A stretch of DNA of 64,000 nt from Octopus vulgaris (Eukaryota): NCBI GenBank assembly GCA_951406725.2, contig OX597817.1, positions 65,906,001-65,970,000 of the forward strand. Reading direction: 5' to 3'. The notes under the pieces are model-generated. The model was not told the origin of the DNA and ran no database searches. It was given only the letters and a program-made list of their open reading frames with translations. Every line of letters starts with the position of its first letter. The first letter of the stretch is position 1. Made by a program: the position numbers and the translations under genes. Of this stretch, positions 40,835 through 55,108 are shown one piece after another.

Positions 40835-41078
40835 TTCAAAAATAGCTATCAAGTTTTAAAAACTAATTTGGATGAAACTTCGAAGTCACTGACAATCTTT
40901 TATTTTAAATTAGTCATAAGAAATACAGAGAAATGGGGTGGGGGAAAAGAGTGAGATATATATTCTAAAATAGTTATCAAGTTTTAAAAACTGGCTTGGA
41001 TAAAACTTCGAAGTCACTGTTATTTTTTTTTTAATAGTTATAAGAAATAGAGAGAAATGAGGTAGGGAAAAGAGTGAG
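40835..41078. repeat. Tandem duplication, 2 units of about 125 bp
   Basis: aaatagYtatcaagttttaaaaact...aaacttcgaagtcactg...gggaaaagagtgag occurs twice. Confidence 0.85.
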
Positions 41079-41842
41079 TTCAATCGATTGGTCAGTGAAC
41101 AATTGGAAGTAATTAAATTACTAGTCTCACACTTGCCGTTGGCAGATATTTGGAAGAAAAAAGTTTCGTTTTATTCTCTTTTTTTTTTTTGCTCTCTTTT
41201 GCAAATCTTTTACAAAAAAGTAAGGAAAGAAAATAAAGAAAGAAAGAATAGGAAAGAAAATATAAGACAAAAAGAAATGCAGAAATTCAGAAAAAATCTC
41301 GAAAACATGGAAGCAAGAAAGCGCGGAAGAAAAAAATACAAGAATAAGGAAAAAGGTAAATCGAAAACGCAAAAGTAAAAAGTGAATGTTAATAGAGGGG
41401 AATAAATGAAATAAAACGAACAAAAGAACAAGAGTAAAATATAATAAGGGAGAGTGGGAATATAAGAAGCCATCGAGAGAGAAATTTAGTATGAGAGGAA
41501 GATATAAAAAGAGATGGTCCACACGAATGGAAGATATTAAATGTGATAATGTGAGAAGTAACTGGAAACTCGCTACAGGGTGAGCGGACAGCAGGAGAAA
41601 TCTTCAAAGGAAGAACTCCCGGCTAGTAAGTGTTTTGGCCCGTTAGTTCCAGACACTCTAAGGGATCCGGGTTCACTTAGGTCATGATTCTTGCTGGCTT
41701 TGAAATGCTACCTTTTGTGGGGATTGAACCTGAATCCTTTGGGTCCTGAACTGTAATGTATACTACTCGGTCACAAACACCAACGAAAGAACTTGCACTG
41801 TGTATCTATTTCAATTTTGGTTTCCCTCCTGGTATTATTTGT

Positions 41843-42085
41843 AGGGGTGCGTGGCTTAGTGGTTAGGGTGTTGGATTCATGATCGTAAGATTGTGGTTTT
41901 GATTCTTGGATTGGGCGATACAATGTGTTCTTCAGCAAAACACTTCATTTCTTATTGCTCCAGTTCATTCAGCTGGCGAAAATGAGTATTTCTGTGATCG
42001 ACAGGCGTTCCGTCCAGGAGGGAAATATATAGGCCACAAAAATCGGGAAAGCGACCCTTATGAGTCTATATGATTCGAGAAGGAG
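41843..42085 (+). mobile_element. tRNA-derived SINE (CORE-like)
   Basis: gtggcttagtggttaggg A box; ttcagcaaaacacttcatttc body shared with 10405-10650. Confidence 0.65.
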
Positions 42086-42667
42086 TTTTTTTTCCTTTCG
42101 TCCTTTTATTTTCTGTTTAGCGGTTTGCTGGGAGATATAAAGAGGGTCAGAAGATAATAAGATAGTCGTTCAGAATGAGAGAAGTATATCGAGAGAGAGA
42201 GAGAGAGAGAGAGGGGCGTAAGTGTGGTAGAAAGGTATTAAGATTAACTATCAGTTTGGAGAGAAGAAATCAAAAGAGGAAGAAATAACGGGAGACAAAT
42301 AGCTTGAGACAAAATAGCGTGTGAGTAAAACAGAAGTCAAGCAAAACAGCAAAAAGAATCATGGCGGCAAAATAAGTGAAAAAGCGAGCGGGTAAACGAG
42401 AAAGCTAAATAGATAGAAAAACACTAATTTGGAGGAGTTTTCCCTGCCTTTTTTGACCAGCATTAATCATTTAAATAATGACTGTGGACTACTTTAATTA
42501 TTTTAATTTTCTAGGCTTGCTACAGTTACGCTAGCGTCTACTTTACAAGTAACTTTCCATATAACAGCCATCAAAAGACAAGGACAAGATGAAATTAGAG
42601 AAAGTCAGATGCGTCTAGAGAGGGGGTACGAGAACAAGTGAGAAATGGGAAAACGACAATAAGATTT

Positions 42668-42701
<34 letters not shown>

Positions 42702-44199
42702 AAGCATGATAACAAGGTAGCAAAGTAAAAGATAGGAAGGTAGCATGAAAATAAGATGACAACTGAGAAAGATAGCTGGAGAGCAAAAGAACATTTCAGC
42801 AAGAATTGTAAAAAAACGAAAGACAAATAGCTCGAAGATGAGATGGAAACAAGAGGGAGCCGAGAGAATAAAAGAAAGAAAAAAAAGAAAGTGAGATGGC
42901 AAAATGCAAAAGCAACACAGTAAAGAAAGACCCAAAGAAGGCAAGGCAGAACGACGTCAAAACGAAAGAAGGAAAGAGATGTAGACTGAAAGATGAGAAA
43001 AGAGCAAAAGTATAAGAGAAATAGAGAACAACATTATTAGACAGAATTAGTGAGAGATGACAAGAGAACTTAAAAGAAAATAGTAGTTTATGATAGGGAA
43101 AACAAGAGAGCAACATGAAAAGACGGAAAGGCGACATGAGAACGATACAGAAAGTCCAAGTGTGTGAAATACAAGATAGTTGAATAATAAGAGGAAAGAG
43201 AGAAAATACACGAGAGCAACAGGGCAAGACGGCAATAGAGTAACAGAGAAAGACAGACAGAGAAAAAGGCGAAAGAGATTAAGAAAAAGAAAATTATGAT
43301 AATAAAAGAGAAAAAGAAAATAACAGCAAAATAAGGTAATAATATTGTAATAGAAAATGGCTGGTGAAGTTGATAGAAACAATTTCTTTTACTACGAAGT
43401 TAGTGTTTTACGTTATGTTCTTAAGAGAAGAAAAAAGACTTGGCTGGCTTTCTGGAACAGTAAGAGAATAACTTTGATAATTACTTCTAAGTGGCAAATT
43501 AAGTCATCAAAGTAGTCGTCATAGGTGTCTTCGTTTGTTTTGTTGTTCTTGTTAGTTACTGTGTGTCTATTGATTGGTTATTGTTTTATTATCGATTGAT
43601 AATAACTGGGTCAGTAATTACGGGCTGGGATTCTATTAATCTGTACGGTAACATTCACATAGGCACACATATACACATGCAAATGCACAGGCGCACGCAC
43701 ACACACGCACACACAGACACACAAATACACACACACTCACACACGCACACACAGACACACACATACACACACACTCACAAGAGACACCAATGTGCGTTGT
43801 AAGACATATATGCATATACATATAAACTAACATGCATGCATGCACACGTGTATAACGATAAAGATATAGGCACATTCACAGACATGCATATATGCATACT
43901 CAGACATGCATATATATATATATAAATACACATTCATAAGGACGTTCACGTATACATATACACTAATGAACACCTACATAAATCCATATATACGTACACA
44001 AGTCTTAAGCTACATCCACCCGCATATATAGATTTGAAAACATACATGCATACTCATAGTTATCTTTATACATATGTGTAAGCGCATACACGCGAATGCA
44101 CACACATATACCTGCGTATATATTTATGTGTATACATGAATACATATATATTTACATATGCGCATAATACTCTTTAAGCACATATACACTCTATATATG

Positions 44200-44507
<308 letters not shown>

Positions 44508-45146
44508 GTATATGCATATATACATTCCTCCATATATACTTCCATTGTGTGCGTTCATGATTGCTGTGCAGCCATTCATTAATACATGTTTACTTAAAGT
44601 GCAGCCTGGGAAGTCTGTTAACCAATTTTATGTTGAATTGTCCATTTTGTCTAATGGAGTTCTTTCTTTGTTGCATAGGAAGTTATGTGTAACATGTACA
44701 TGTGGGTGGGTGTATGTGCGTATATGCATGTGTGTATATATATTTATATGCATGTGTGTATGCATACGCATATATAACGCAATATAAATTGATATGTACA
44801 TAGATATGTTATATAATCTCGTGTTCTCTTTGTATATATATATATATATATGTATATATAATGTGTGCGTGTGTATGTATATATACATATATATACACAC
44901 ACACGTATACATATATATATAACGTGTGCGTGCGTCTGTGTGTGTATGTTTGTATGTATTATGTATGTATGTATGCATGCATGCATGTATGTATGTATGC
45001 ATGTATGCATGTATGTATGTATATTTGCATGTATGTATGCATGTTTGTATGTATGTATGACCTCATACAATTTGCTGACCTCATAAGAATCCCTTATAAA
45101 CTTTCGAGAGAACGTGAAATAATTCTTTTTTTTTCTTGTTTTTTTT

Positions 45147-45382
45147 TATAATTTCAACTCGAAGCACATGTAAAGCTATAAGCAATAGCATGTAAATAGT
45201 GTGTTAAAGAATCCCTCTTCGATAAAAAAAAAAGTCAAAGGGTGCTCGTTGGACTCAAATCCATAACTCCAGTGAACACGTCTGCAGGAGATATGCATCC
45301 CACCCGAAGCCTTCGACTTCAATCCAATATTTGCATGCTATTATTTATAGTTCCAGTGTGCTTCGAGATCAAACTATTTCAA
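45147..45382. mobile_element. Old MITE-like element with about 55-bp imperfect TIRs
   Basis: ctcgaagcaca..ctataagcaatagcatgtaaata versus reverse complement ctcgaagcaca..ctataaataatagcatgcaaata; a similar end occurs at about 22760-22800. Confidence 0.6.
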
Positions 45383-45399
45383 AAATAAATATCTTATAT

Positions 45400-45559
45400 A
45401 GCTTACTTACCAACCACATAGTTCCGTGTTCAGTCCCACTGCATGGTACCTTGGTTAAGGGTCTTCTACTATAGCCTCGGGCCAACCAAAACTTTGTGAG
45501 TGGATTTGGTAGACGGAAACTGAAAGAAGCCCGTCGTATATATATACGAGGGTGACGTC

Positions 45560-45609
<50 letters not shown>

Positions 45610-46370
45610 GAGGGTGAGTAAAAAAACTAATGCCATTTTGTTTAGGACAGGTATAATTGCCGACACAGAAATATGTATCATACATCAAAATGGAGCTGGT
45701 CTTCTGTGGATCACATCCCTACTTCTCAACATAGTCACCGTTTTTCTCAATAGCAATTTTTCCACCTTCGAATGAGAGCATGTATCCCTGCCCCGTAAAA
45801 TTCTGTTGACTGTTCTTTGAGTCACTTCTTCACTACTGTTTTCACTTCCTCGTCACTGGAATAATGTTTGCCTCTCAAACCCTCTCTCATGGAGCCGAAG
45901 AGATCATAGTCTGAAAGCGCTAAATTATTCCAGCAGAGATACATGCTCTCATTCGGAGGTGAAACATTGTTATTGAGAGAAACGGTGACTATGTTGAGGA
46001 GTAGGGATGTGATCCACAGAGGACCAGCTTCATTTTGATGTATGATACATGTTCCTGTGTTGCTAATTATACCTCTCCTAAACAACATGGCATTAATTTT
46101 TGACTTACCCATGTATATGTGTGTGTGTGTCTGGGTGTGTGTGTGAGAGAGAGAGAGAGTGTGTGTGTGTGTGTGTCTGTGTTTGTCCCCCACAACATCG
46201 CTTGACAACCGATACTGGTGAGTTTACGTCTCCGTAACTTAGCGGTTCAGCAAAAGAGACCGATAGAATAAGTACTACGCTTACAAAGAATAAGTCCTGG
46301 GTCGATTTGCTTGACTAAAGGCGGTGCTCCAGCATGGCCACAATCAAATGACTGAAACAAGTAAAATAAT
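45400..46370 (+). mobile_element. Octopus-type SINE with internal microsatellite, interrupted by a mariner MITE
   Basis: 5' part ...gtggatttggtagacggaaactgaaagaagcccgtcg (45400-45540); 3' part ...ggtgctccagcatggcc...tgactgaaacaagtaaaa (46160-46370). Confidence 0.7.
45609..46113. mobile_element. Mariner-derived MITE with about 180-bp inverted arms
   Basis: Arms 45609-45791 and 45933-46113, TA flanks; interior encodes LALSDYDLFGSMREGLRGKHYSSDEEVK (-). Confidence 0.88.
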
Positions 46371-46619
46371 AAAAGAATACATATATGTAAATATATGTAA
46401 CTATAAGAATGTACATACATACATACATACATACATACATACATACATACATACATACGCACAGACACCCACCCACCCACACACACACACATATATTTAA
46501 ATATAAAAATATATAAAAGGAGCAAAAATACTGGAGATCCAGTATACACCACGTGGCTAGAGTTGAAAATATGTGGAAAACGTAGAAAAAGTGGAAGAGA
46601 AATGCCTTCTTTTCACATA

Positions 46620-47140
46620 GTTTAATGTCCTAAACTGCTCAGGTTGTGGCCACAATTATATGAGCCAAACGAGCCTTACTTTGAGACGCAGAGTCACGCT
46701 GCATAAATAACAGATTCGTTTTCCTAAATACAGGAAGATAGCCCTGAGCGAACATATCAATAAATGCGCAAGAAATAAAACGCCGAATTTCCATATCTTT
46801 CCATTATACCATGCAACGATACAGTCTCCTTACAAGGAAGCCTAAACAAAGAAAACCTGTTCATACAAAAGTACAGACCACCTTAATATACAAACTTGAC
46901 CACTTCAAAGATCATACTGAGGAGTTAGTTACCCCCCTTGTCACCTGTTACCTCTCTTGGTCCACTCTCTAGACTCATTCTTATTCTTCAAGCATGCAAA
47001 ATGGCAAGATCCCTTTGTCACAAGAATTGATTATTTCACAATGTCCCTTGAAAAGCTGATTTAAATAGCGAAAACCGGTTGAATATCACGACATCCATAA
47101 AATATGTAAATTTTTTAAAAAATTTCTTTATAAAAAGATA
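46620..47140 (+). mobile_element. PLE GIY-YIG C-terminal remnant plus pLTR
   Basis: VLNCSGCGHNYMSQTSLTLRRRVTLHK*QIR...LSEHINKCA...KENLFIQKYRP; decayed HHR-like motif at 47041-47086. Confidence 0.7.
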
Positions 47141-47265
47141 TTAAACTATGTGAAACGAATTTCTCTTCCACTTTTTATATATGTTTTCCACATATTTTCA
47201 AGTGTGTACCGTTGGCGATTTTTTTCCCCTCTGTCTTCCCTTCTCTGGATCTTTCCTTCTCCTAT

Positions 47266-47300
47266 GTTTCCGACGAAGAGCTCCGCTCGAAACGTTAAAC
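47266..47300 (+). ncRNA. Minimal type I HHR with U4C core (paralogue of 26280)
   Basis: GUUU-CCGACGA-A-GAGC-UCC-GCUC-GAAA-CG-UU^AAAC. Confidence 0.6.
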
Positions 47301-49394
47301 CCTCCTTCTTTCCTTCTTTCCTGTATACTATATTTGTTCCACGTCCTCGCGTTGTTGTGGGTTTTTTGTGCTTTCTTGTTTGGATTAACTTTATATATAT
47401 ATATATATAGGGATGAAAGGCAAAGACAACCTTGGCGGAATTTAAACTCGGAACCTAAAGAGCCGGAAGAAATGCCGCTAAGCATTTTGTCCGGCGAGTT
47501 AACGATTCTACTAGCTCACTGGCTTAGGTGAATTGATAATAATACAAATAAACAAGGGTATAATAATATATAATTGATTTCGTGCGTGTTTATTTTCGTT
47601 ATTATCACGCTTGTAATTGATTTAGGAGCAAGAAGAATGGAATAAAATGATTTAAAAGTATTATCAACCGTTTGTCTTAGTCTCCAAATATATCTAGAAA
47701 GGCGAGCGTCTAAGCCAGTAATCTTTCCTTGAATTATTTCATTGTTGCTCTAACATAAAATTTTTGTTTAGAAGCATTCTTTCAGCTTTATCTTGAGCCA
47801 ATATGCTAAAGAACTGATGAGAGAGACCCTTCTGAATGGCAATTAGTAGAGATCATACAATTATAAATACGTGTGACAGTAGAATTATTATTATTATACT
47901 GACGACTGACATTAACAGGGTGGAAATAACTGGCAAGATTTTTGCAAAATTATGGCACTTTAAAAGAATTTTTTTTTTTTCAATGTCTATGAGTCTCAGT
48001 AAAATCAAGCAAAATTGAAATAAGGGAGAGCAGAAATGTATTTAGTTGTCACCTTCGTTTAGTAGAAAAGTATTAACAATCCGATCCAAAAATTGCTTGA
48101 ATACAAGATCGGCATTACTTTGTACTTGTTTGCACAGTGCACGATTTTAAATTCCGTTATTATCAATCAACCGAAACCACCATAAGATTTTCAGAAAGTT
48201 AAATTTTAATGATATTTTCTATTTTATTTTTCTTGAACTACTTACATTATTTTCATTCTCTTTCTTACCTTTCCACATCTCTTTACTTCCTTTCCTTTCT
48301 CTTTTTCTGATTTAATCTCTTTCTATCATTTATGAACTCATTTTCTTTTTTTGTATGATTTTTACTTTTTGTTGTTTCTGTTTTTCCTCTCCTTCTTCTT
48401 TCCTCTTTTCATCCTATTGTGTAGTATGACGTGCATTACAAAATGTCGTCTGTATGTTTTTACTCTGAACCAACTGAACACTATAATATGTTGAGAAAGT
48501 TAAGACTTAACACTATACCTCCCCTTCCTTTCTCTCATTTTTACTCTTTTACTTTCCTTCCCTTTCACGTTTTGGTGTCTTTTCTTTCTTTCTCTTTTGC
48601 TCTTTTCGTATTATGAATATGGTTGACCTTCACTTAATGTCATTTACTCCTTAACGCCACTGCCACCATAATCGCATAGATAAAATTCAATCATATACAA
48701 TCATTTATATATTTATTGTTCTTATCGTCGTCGTCGTCGTCGTTGTTGTTGTTAAGACGGCGAGTTGGCAGAATCGTTAGCACACTGAACAGAATGCTGC
48801 GCGGCATTTCTTCCGCGTTATATTCTTAATCCAAATTCCACTGAAGTCGACTTCGCCTTTTCATCCTTTCGGGGTAGCTGAAATAAGTACCATCTGAGTA
48901 CTGGAATCGATGTAATCAATTAGTCCCCTACCTCAAACTTTCAACCCTTCTGCCTATATTACAAAGTTTATTATTATTTGGTTGGCTCAGGTTTGGTCTT
49001 ATTCTTGGTAGGATTTATGTGGGTAGCGGGTTACTACCTGTAACCTTAGGTATCCACAAGTGTTCAGCAAACTTTCTGTAGGAGCTCTACCGGGCATTGT
49101 ATTTCAATCTCCTTCAGCCATTCGTTTATATCTTTGCCTATTGTTTCTAAACGCACTAATTACACCGTATAACAATGAAAAGAAAACGGAAATGACAATA
49201 ATCTTTTCTGTGGGTATTTTGTGTGTAGATCATGGATGTAACATCCATTTCTTTCTGTGACTCTTCATTTTCTCGTTGATTACCCTCTTACGTTAAATAA
49301 ACTGATGGTTCTGTGGGAATTGAGTGCAAACAGGATTGGGTCGAAACTGACAACTCTATAAGTTATGAACAGATTTTTATAGTTATATAGGTCC

Positions 49395-49556
49395 AAATCC
49401 ATGGAAAATCTGACACACCTCATCAACCAACTTGAACTCAATAATCTAGTTCGTGATCTAACCCATGCTAAGCAACAGAGTAAAGTCCTGGCCTCGCGTC
49501 TGCAGCAATAGAACCTGTTGGATAATGGTTCTCGAATTACAGTATTTAGGAAGCGT
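49395..49556 (+). mobile_element. DNA transposase fragment, probably Chapaev3-like
   Basis: HLINQLELNNLVRDLTHAKQQSKVLASRLQQ*NLL resembles ELNDLVRDLxLSKxxSELLASRL. Confidence 0.5.
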
Positions 49557-50156
49557 TCTGCAGAATGACGAGACGGTCTTGCATGCACTCATCCAGTGCC
49601 CGCGCATTGCTGACTTGTAGGTTTATGTCGAATACCTGTTATCGCGTGTGGGACGAATCCGGCTGTCAACTGAATCATCGCGAAGATCGCCCCGACACTT
49701 TCCTTTAACCGGGAAGGAAAGGTTGTTTTTATATGCCTAGTGGCCATGGCGAAAGAGATCGTATGGTGGACTAGATTGAAGGGGCTAAAGACAAACACTT
49801 TTCTCTTTGGTCAATCCCTGGTCAACTTCTTCAAGTTTCACTTGAAAAGGAAAGTAAGAGTAGAGAGGGAAGTGTCGTCTTCTAGCCGGTTTGCTGAATG
49901 GTGCTGGTGAACGGGCCTGAAGGGAAGAAAAAAAAGCACTTACCCCAAAAGTCAGAGTACCCATGGTTTTTTTTTATGGGTTTTTTTCAAGAACAGCCCT
50001 CGAACGTCTCCTCCCTATTGAGGATCACACATTTTTGATTTATCAAAATTCTGATATTACACGCAAAACCCAAAAATCAACACACACTCACACACATTCT
50101 TTGTTTTGTCCTGTGTTTTTTCTTAATATAAACCTTTGAGGTTAATAAAGAAATTA
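49557..50156 (+). mobile_element. L1/Tx1-like LINE 3' end
   Basis: QNDETVLHALIQCPRI (end of CCHC), LVAMAKEIVWWTRLKG; 3'UTR ending aataaagaa then (TTA)n. Confidence 0.65.
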
Positions 50157-50162
50157 TTATTA

Positions 50163-50231
<69 letters not shown>

Positions 50232-50484
50232 GTGTTGTTGCTCATTTTAATCTGAATATTCATTGTAGCAATTTTACAGTTCTATTCTTCAAATTTTCCT
50301 GAACGGGATCGAATTTGATACCTCATGATTGCGCTGCGGGGTTTTTTTTTTTTTTTTAACTATTTGCTCGATCGAACAACTGAAATTACTCGTCACTAAA
50401 ACCAACACAAACTCTTTTAGAACACCGATACACAAAGACACACATTCAAAAACAAACATGCATGCGCGCCTGTACACACACACA

Positions 50485-50538
<54 letters not shown>

Positions 50539-50831
50539 CACATACACACAGAAACACACGCAGACAGTTTTAGACCCAACAAGCGACTGGCGTTAATATC
50601 AAAATCTGATCCTTGAGTGCCTTTAATGGAGGCTACTCTATAGCAAACATCCAAACTGGACTTATGATTTCACCTACCAATGTACAAGCTGGATAGAAAA
50701 GCCGACAATGGTCATGATGATGACCTCTCCTGGCCGGAGTAACTTATAAAACCACACATTCACACACACAAACACACATACACATATACGCACATACACA
50801 AACACATACATGCGCGTTAATGGGCGCGCGC

Positions 50832-50900
<69 letters not shown>

Positions 50901-50956
50901 CATATACAGAATTTATTGCAGTATAATTTATATCGATTTGTTCTATTGTCTTGCAG

Positions 50957-51015
50957 ACAATATCATAATGGTGAAGTTAAGGAACAGCCATAAACATGAT
51001 AACCAGACTACAACA
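50957..51015 (+). CDS. Candidate 59-nt host exon, product unknown
   Basis: Acceptor ttctattgtcttgcag, donor gtaagt; one open frame xNIIMVKLRNSHKHDNQTTT; non-repetitive sequence. Confidence 0.4.
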
Positions 51016-51231
51016 GTAAGTATTATTATTCACTTGAAATACATTTCAACATTTCTTTTCCTTTGCTCTTCTTGTCAGTTTTCTATATTTTCCTTTCTAA
51101 ATTTCTGTGATGGAATTACAATTAAACTACTTGGAGGAACAAACTTAAAACATCTTCCTCACTAATAGCTTCGTACTTTCTGAGAGTTTCCTGTTTTGCT
51201 CATTTGTTTTTGTGTATATCGTTGTTGTTGT

Positions 51232-51272
<41 letters not shown>

Positions 51273-52249
51273 TGATTTCTGTTTTTTTTTTTTTTTGTAA
51301 ATCACCACATTTCAAACTGTTTAGTCTCCAGCCGTCATCAAGAGCAATTGGATTTATGAGCCGTTATCATTCGCTGTATTCGAACTGAAAAGGAGCCATA
51401 TAAAACTATCTTTACTTGAAAAATAAAATGTTAACGTATTTATTCTTAATACGTTCCAGTAGATACGAATGTGAAGATGCTAACCGCTGTTGTGTTCGTC
51501 CTCGGAGTACAGCTTCTCTTTTACGATGAATATGTATTCATAACATGCCCGATTCATAAGTACAAGGTATTCTGAGACACCGGTACTTCAACATGTGTCT
51601 TTTCAAACTGAAGCACCTTCAGGCCACTAAATCGAACAAAAGCCGTTGTTCAAGCTTATAATCTCAATGAACAGTTTGTTCGCTGATCCATGTCGACATC
51701 TATCAACGGATAATAAATTGTCATATGCACGGTGAACAGTAGGATTCGAAAAAATGACCTACATATTTACTCTTAATACGTGCCTGTAAATTCGAACATG
51801 TTAAATTTTTAAGACCATATTTTAAATGTAATATATAGCGTGTGTTTATATTAAATACAAATGCGTCTCCCATATATAATATATTGAGTTCAAAATTTTC
51901 CATCATATGAGATTATCCAAGTAATGTATAGCCCAAACTTCCCTTTAAATGTGTTTAAAATCTAAAACAACAAGGAAGATAGACCATTTGTAATGCTTTT
52001 AAGTTGCTACTTAAGTATGTCGTTGTTTGGCAACAAATCAACTTTTACGTTTATGGCATGTATGCAGTCAGTCAAACAACTAGCTGTGATCCATTTATCC
52101 AACGTTTTCCATATTTAGGAGCCCGTGTTATGCATTCCAGCATACAATAGTTTACCATATGAGTTACTGTGAAGTAGCCTGATTATGTTGCACCTTCTTC
52201 ACTACCAAACATGTTCCTGTATGATTGTTGTTGCTAGTGTGGTATAATC

Positions 52250-52640
52250 CCATGTCAGCTTTGATCGAGTGAACCTATTATCAAAGACATTCAAGCCATA
52301 ACCATTCAAGCATTTTTTTTTTTACGAAATAGATTGCCTCACATTATCCAATGTTCTCTTTATAAGATGGTAAGAAGTAGTTTTTGAACAAATGTGACAA
52401 CTATTTATTGCAGGTCATGCGACTGCATAAAAGGCTTCCTGTTGACTCATGATTGTTAACACTGAATCAGTCATAATAGATCAGATCTATTATCAAAAGC
52501 GTTCCAGTCGTGACACGCTCCCTTTTTTTTTACACGTTATAGTTTATTGAAGAGTGTTATCCGTTATTGCCTTAATTTTAAAAAAAAGTTTCGTGTGAAT
52601 TTGCGAGATTTAACTGGCATCTGTAGCAAATCTATCATCC
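52250..52640 (+). repeat. Two diverged tandem copies of an interspersed repeat (related piece at about 20555-20620)
   Basis: ...ctattatcaaa..cattc/cgttc...acc motif repeated at about 210 bp spacing. Confidence 0.5.
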
Positions 52641-53055
52641 CACAAAGCTTCCTTTCCCTTGGTTTGTATGCTTACAAAGGTTTTTTTTTCGGTGATGACA
52701 GCGGAACCAGGCAAGTTGGACTCTAATGAAACATGACCGTTGCTGTTCTCCTGCATTTATCTCTGATGATGCGTATTGCTCGCTTACGTCTGAAAGTCTG
52801 CATATGCATACATATGCTGTATGTGTATGTATACGTTTTTATTTACTCTTTTCCACCTTTCAATCATTTGATTGCGGCCACGCTGGGATACTGCCTTCAA
52901 GCGTTTTAGTCGGTCATATATATCCTAATACTTACAAAACAAAAATTGCCCATTTCTGTGTCCTGGAGATGATGTTCTTCAGTGCAGATACATTGTCTCA
53001 CAAAACGTTACAGATACCATAGACGCATGCAAAAGCGCAAACACGCGTACACACG

Positions 53056-53132
<77 letters not shown>

Positions 53133-53429
53133 CACACGTTATTTTAGAGATCATCCGAGGGCAAACTGGACCTTATCTGGGTTGGTATATTTCACAAGAC
53201 TACTATGGATTGAAATGGTTACATTGTGTCTCTAAAATATAAAATATTAAACATTTATATGCTGTATTGAATGCTAAATTTAAACGATGTCTACTTTGTA
53301 CCCTATCAACGGAGTAAAACTGGATGCGTGTGTATGTGTGTGTGTACATGTGTACATTGATAATCCTACAGAAAGTATTTTGGAAAGCTGTTCATCTATC
53401 TCCGACCACCATTCCTGGGTGGGTCATGG

Positions 53430-53900
53430 AGATAGAATCCTCAGGCACCTCATCCATAGGGTCCTATCAGAAGCAACTGTCATTTGAGTTTCCGGATGGA
53501 TTCCCCAACGTGACCAATTGATAACATCCATGACGTCATCCAACCACTTCGTTCTTAGTCTACCCCTAAGTCTCCTGCCATTTAGCTCGGTTTGAAGAAG
53601 TGATCTTACGACACGCTCCTGTGACATTCTAATCACTTGTTTGTTGTACCGGATCCGTAACCATTCAATGCATAAAAGTAGTGATTGGGCCTGGAGAGAC
53701 TCCCTAGTCTCCAAGCGACGCACCCTGTCTAATAACGTTACTCCAGAGGTCCTTCGGAGGACCCCATTTCGATCACTTGTATTCGTGATCGTACGCTATC
53801 GATCATTGCCAAATATTCATGACCACATGTGAGGATAAGGATGAAAAGCGAATTGTAGATAGCGTGTTTGACTTTTTACCAACCTCTCCTCTTCTGAGGA
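53430..53900 (-). mobile_element. RTE-clade LINE 3' remnant
   Basis: IYNSLFILILTCGHE...RSRIQVIEMG; VIRMSQERVVRSLLQTELNGRRLRGRLRTKWLDDV. Confidence 0.75.
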
Positions 53901-53914
53901 TCGAATGCTAAAGC

Positions 53915-53947
<33 letters not shown>

Positions 53948-54117
53948 CATACATACAGTGGTGGGTACAACTAACCAAAAAGTTAGCTTTGCTAACACTA
54001 TGTAAATATAATGTGTGCATGTGCGTACGTATTTAAGTATATGTGTGTGTGTATGTATATATGTATGTATGTATGTATATATGTATGTATGTACGTAGGT
54101 ATGTATGTATGTATGTA

Positions 54118-54152
<35 letters not shown>

Positions 54153-54399
54153 ATGTATGTATGTATGTATTATGTATGTATGTATATATACACACGTGGA
54201 GCGTAAAAAAGAATCAAGAAAGCCAACAGCCCAAAGGTAAGCAGATGAACAATGGGCAAAGTAATGCTCTGATCTCTATTGCACAGAAATCAATATCTTG
54301 AACATTGTGCTAGATGCTGTGGAGTACTAGTCTACCTATTATGAAGAAATAAGACATATTGCCTACTGCTACATCGCCACTAAGAGCCTTCTAGGATTG

Positions 54400-54600
54400 G
54401 ATGGTATTCTAGTAGGGTGCGTCAGGTGTGCAAAGTACATCTTGTAAGCCCATATGCACAAATTACTGGAAGAGTGAAACAAAGTCACAGGATATGAGAG
54501 ACCTCACCATTGTTATCCTGTATATGGGGAAAGAGGACAGAGATGACTGCAACAACTACAAGAGAGTCTCTTTGCAGGGTATCACTAAGGTAAGATCCTG
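54400..54600 (+). mobile_element. RTE-clade RT fragment
   Basis: QDMRDLTIVILYMGKEDRDDCNNYKRVSL (cf. DMRDANIVTLYKGKGDRSDCNNYRGISL). Confidence 0.7.
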
Positions 54601-54716
54601 ATCATACAAACGAAATTCGCTAAAAGGTATACTCCGCGTCTCAATGTGACTTCAAACCACGACACTCTACAATCGACATAACCTTTTAATGTATGCGGGC
54701 GTGAGTGCGTGCGTGC

Positions 54717-54782
<66 letters not shown>

Positions 54783-54950
54783 CGGTCTTACGTACTGTTC
54801 CCCTCTACTCAATTCACTTACAAGGCATTGATTGGCCCAGGGTTATAATAGAAGACACATGCTCAATGTATCACATAGCGGGACCGAACTCGAAAAAACA
54901 AGGTTATGAAGCGAACCTCTTACTCTCACAGCCATGCACGTTTAAGCTTA

Positions 54951-55010
<60 letters not shown>

Positions 55011-55039
55011 TGTGTGTGTGTGTGTGTGCTCGCGTGTAT

Positions 55040-55108
<69 letters not shown>

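Noticed and set aside
42180-43380. Purine-rich stretch with several overlapping minus-strand ORFs
   Set aside because: Low-complexity GA bias suppresses stops; no domain signal.
52763-52803. CUGAUGA...GAAA-GUC motif
   Set aside because: No helix I and helix II is out of register; probably chance. The same applies to CUGAUGA at 47814.
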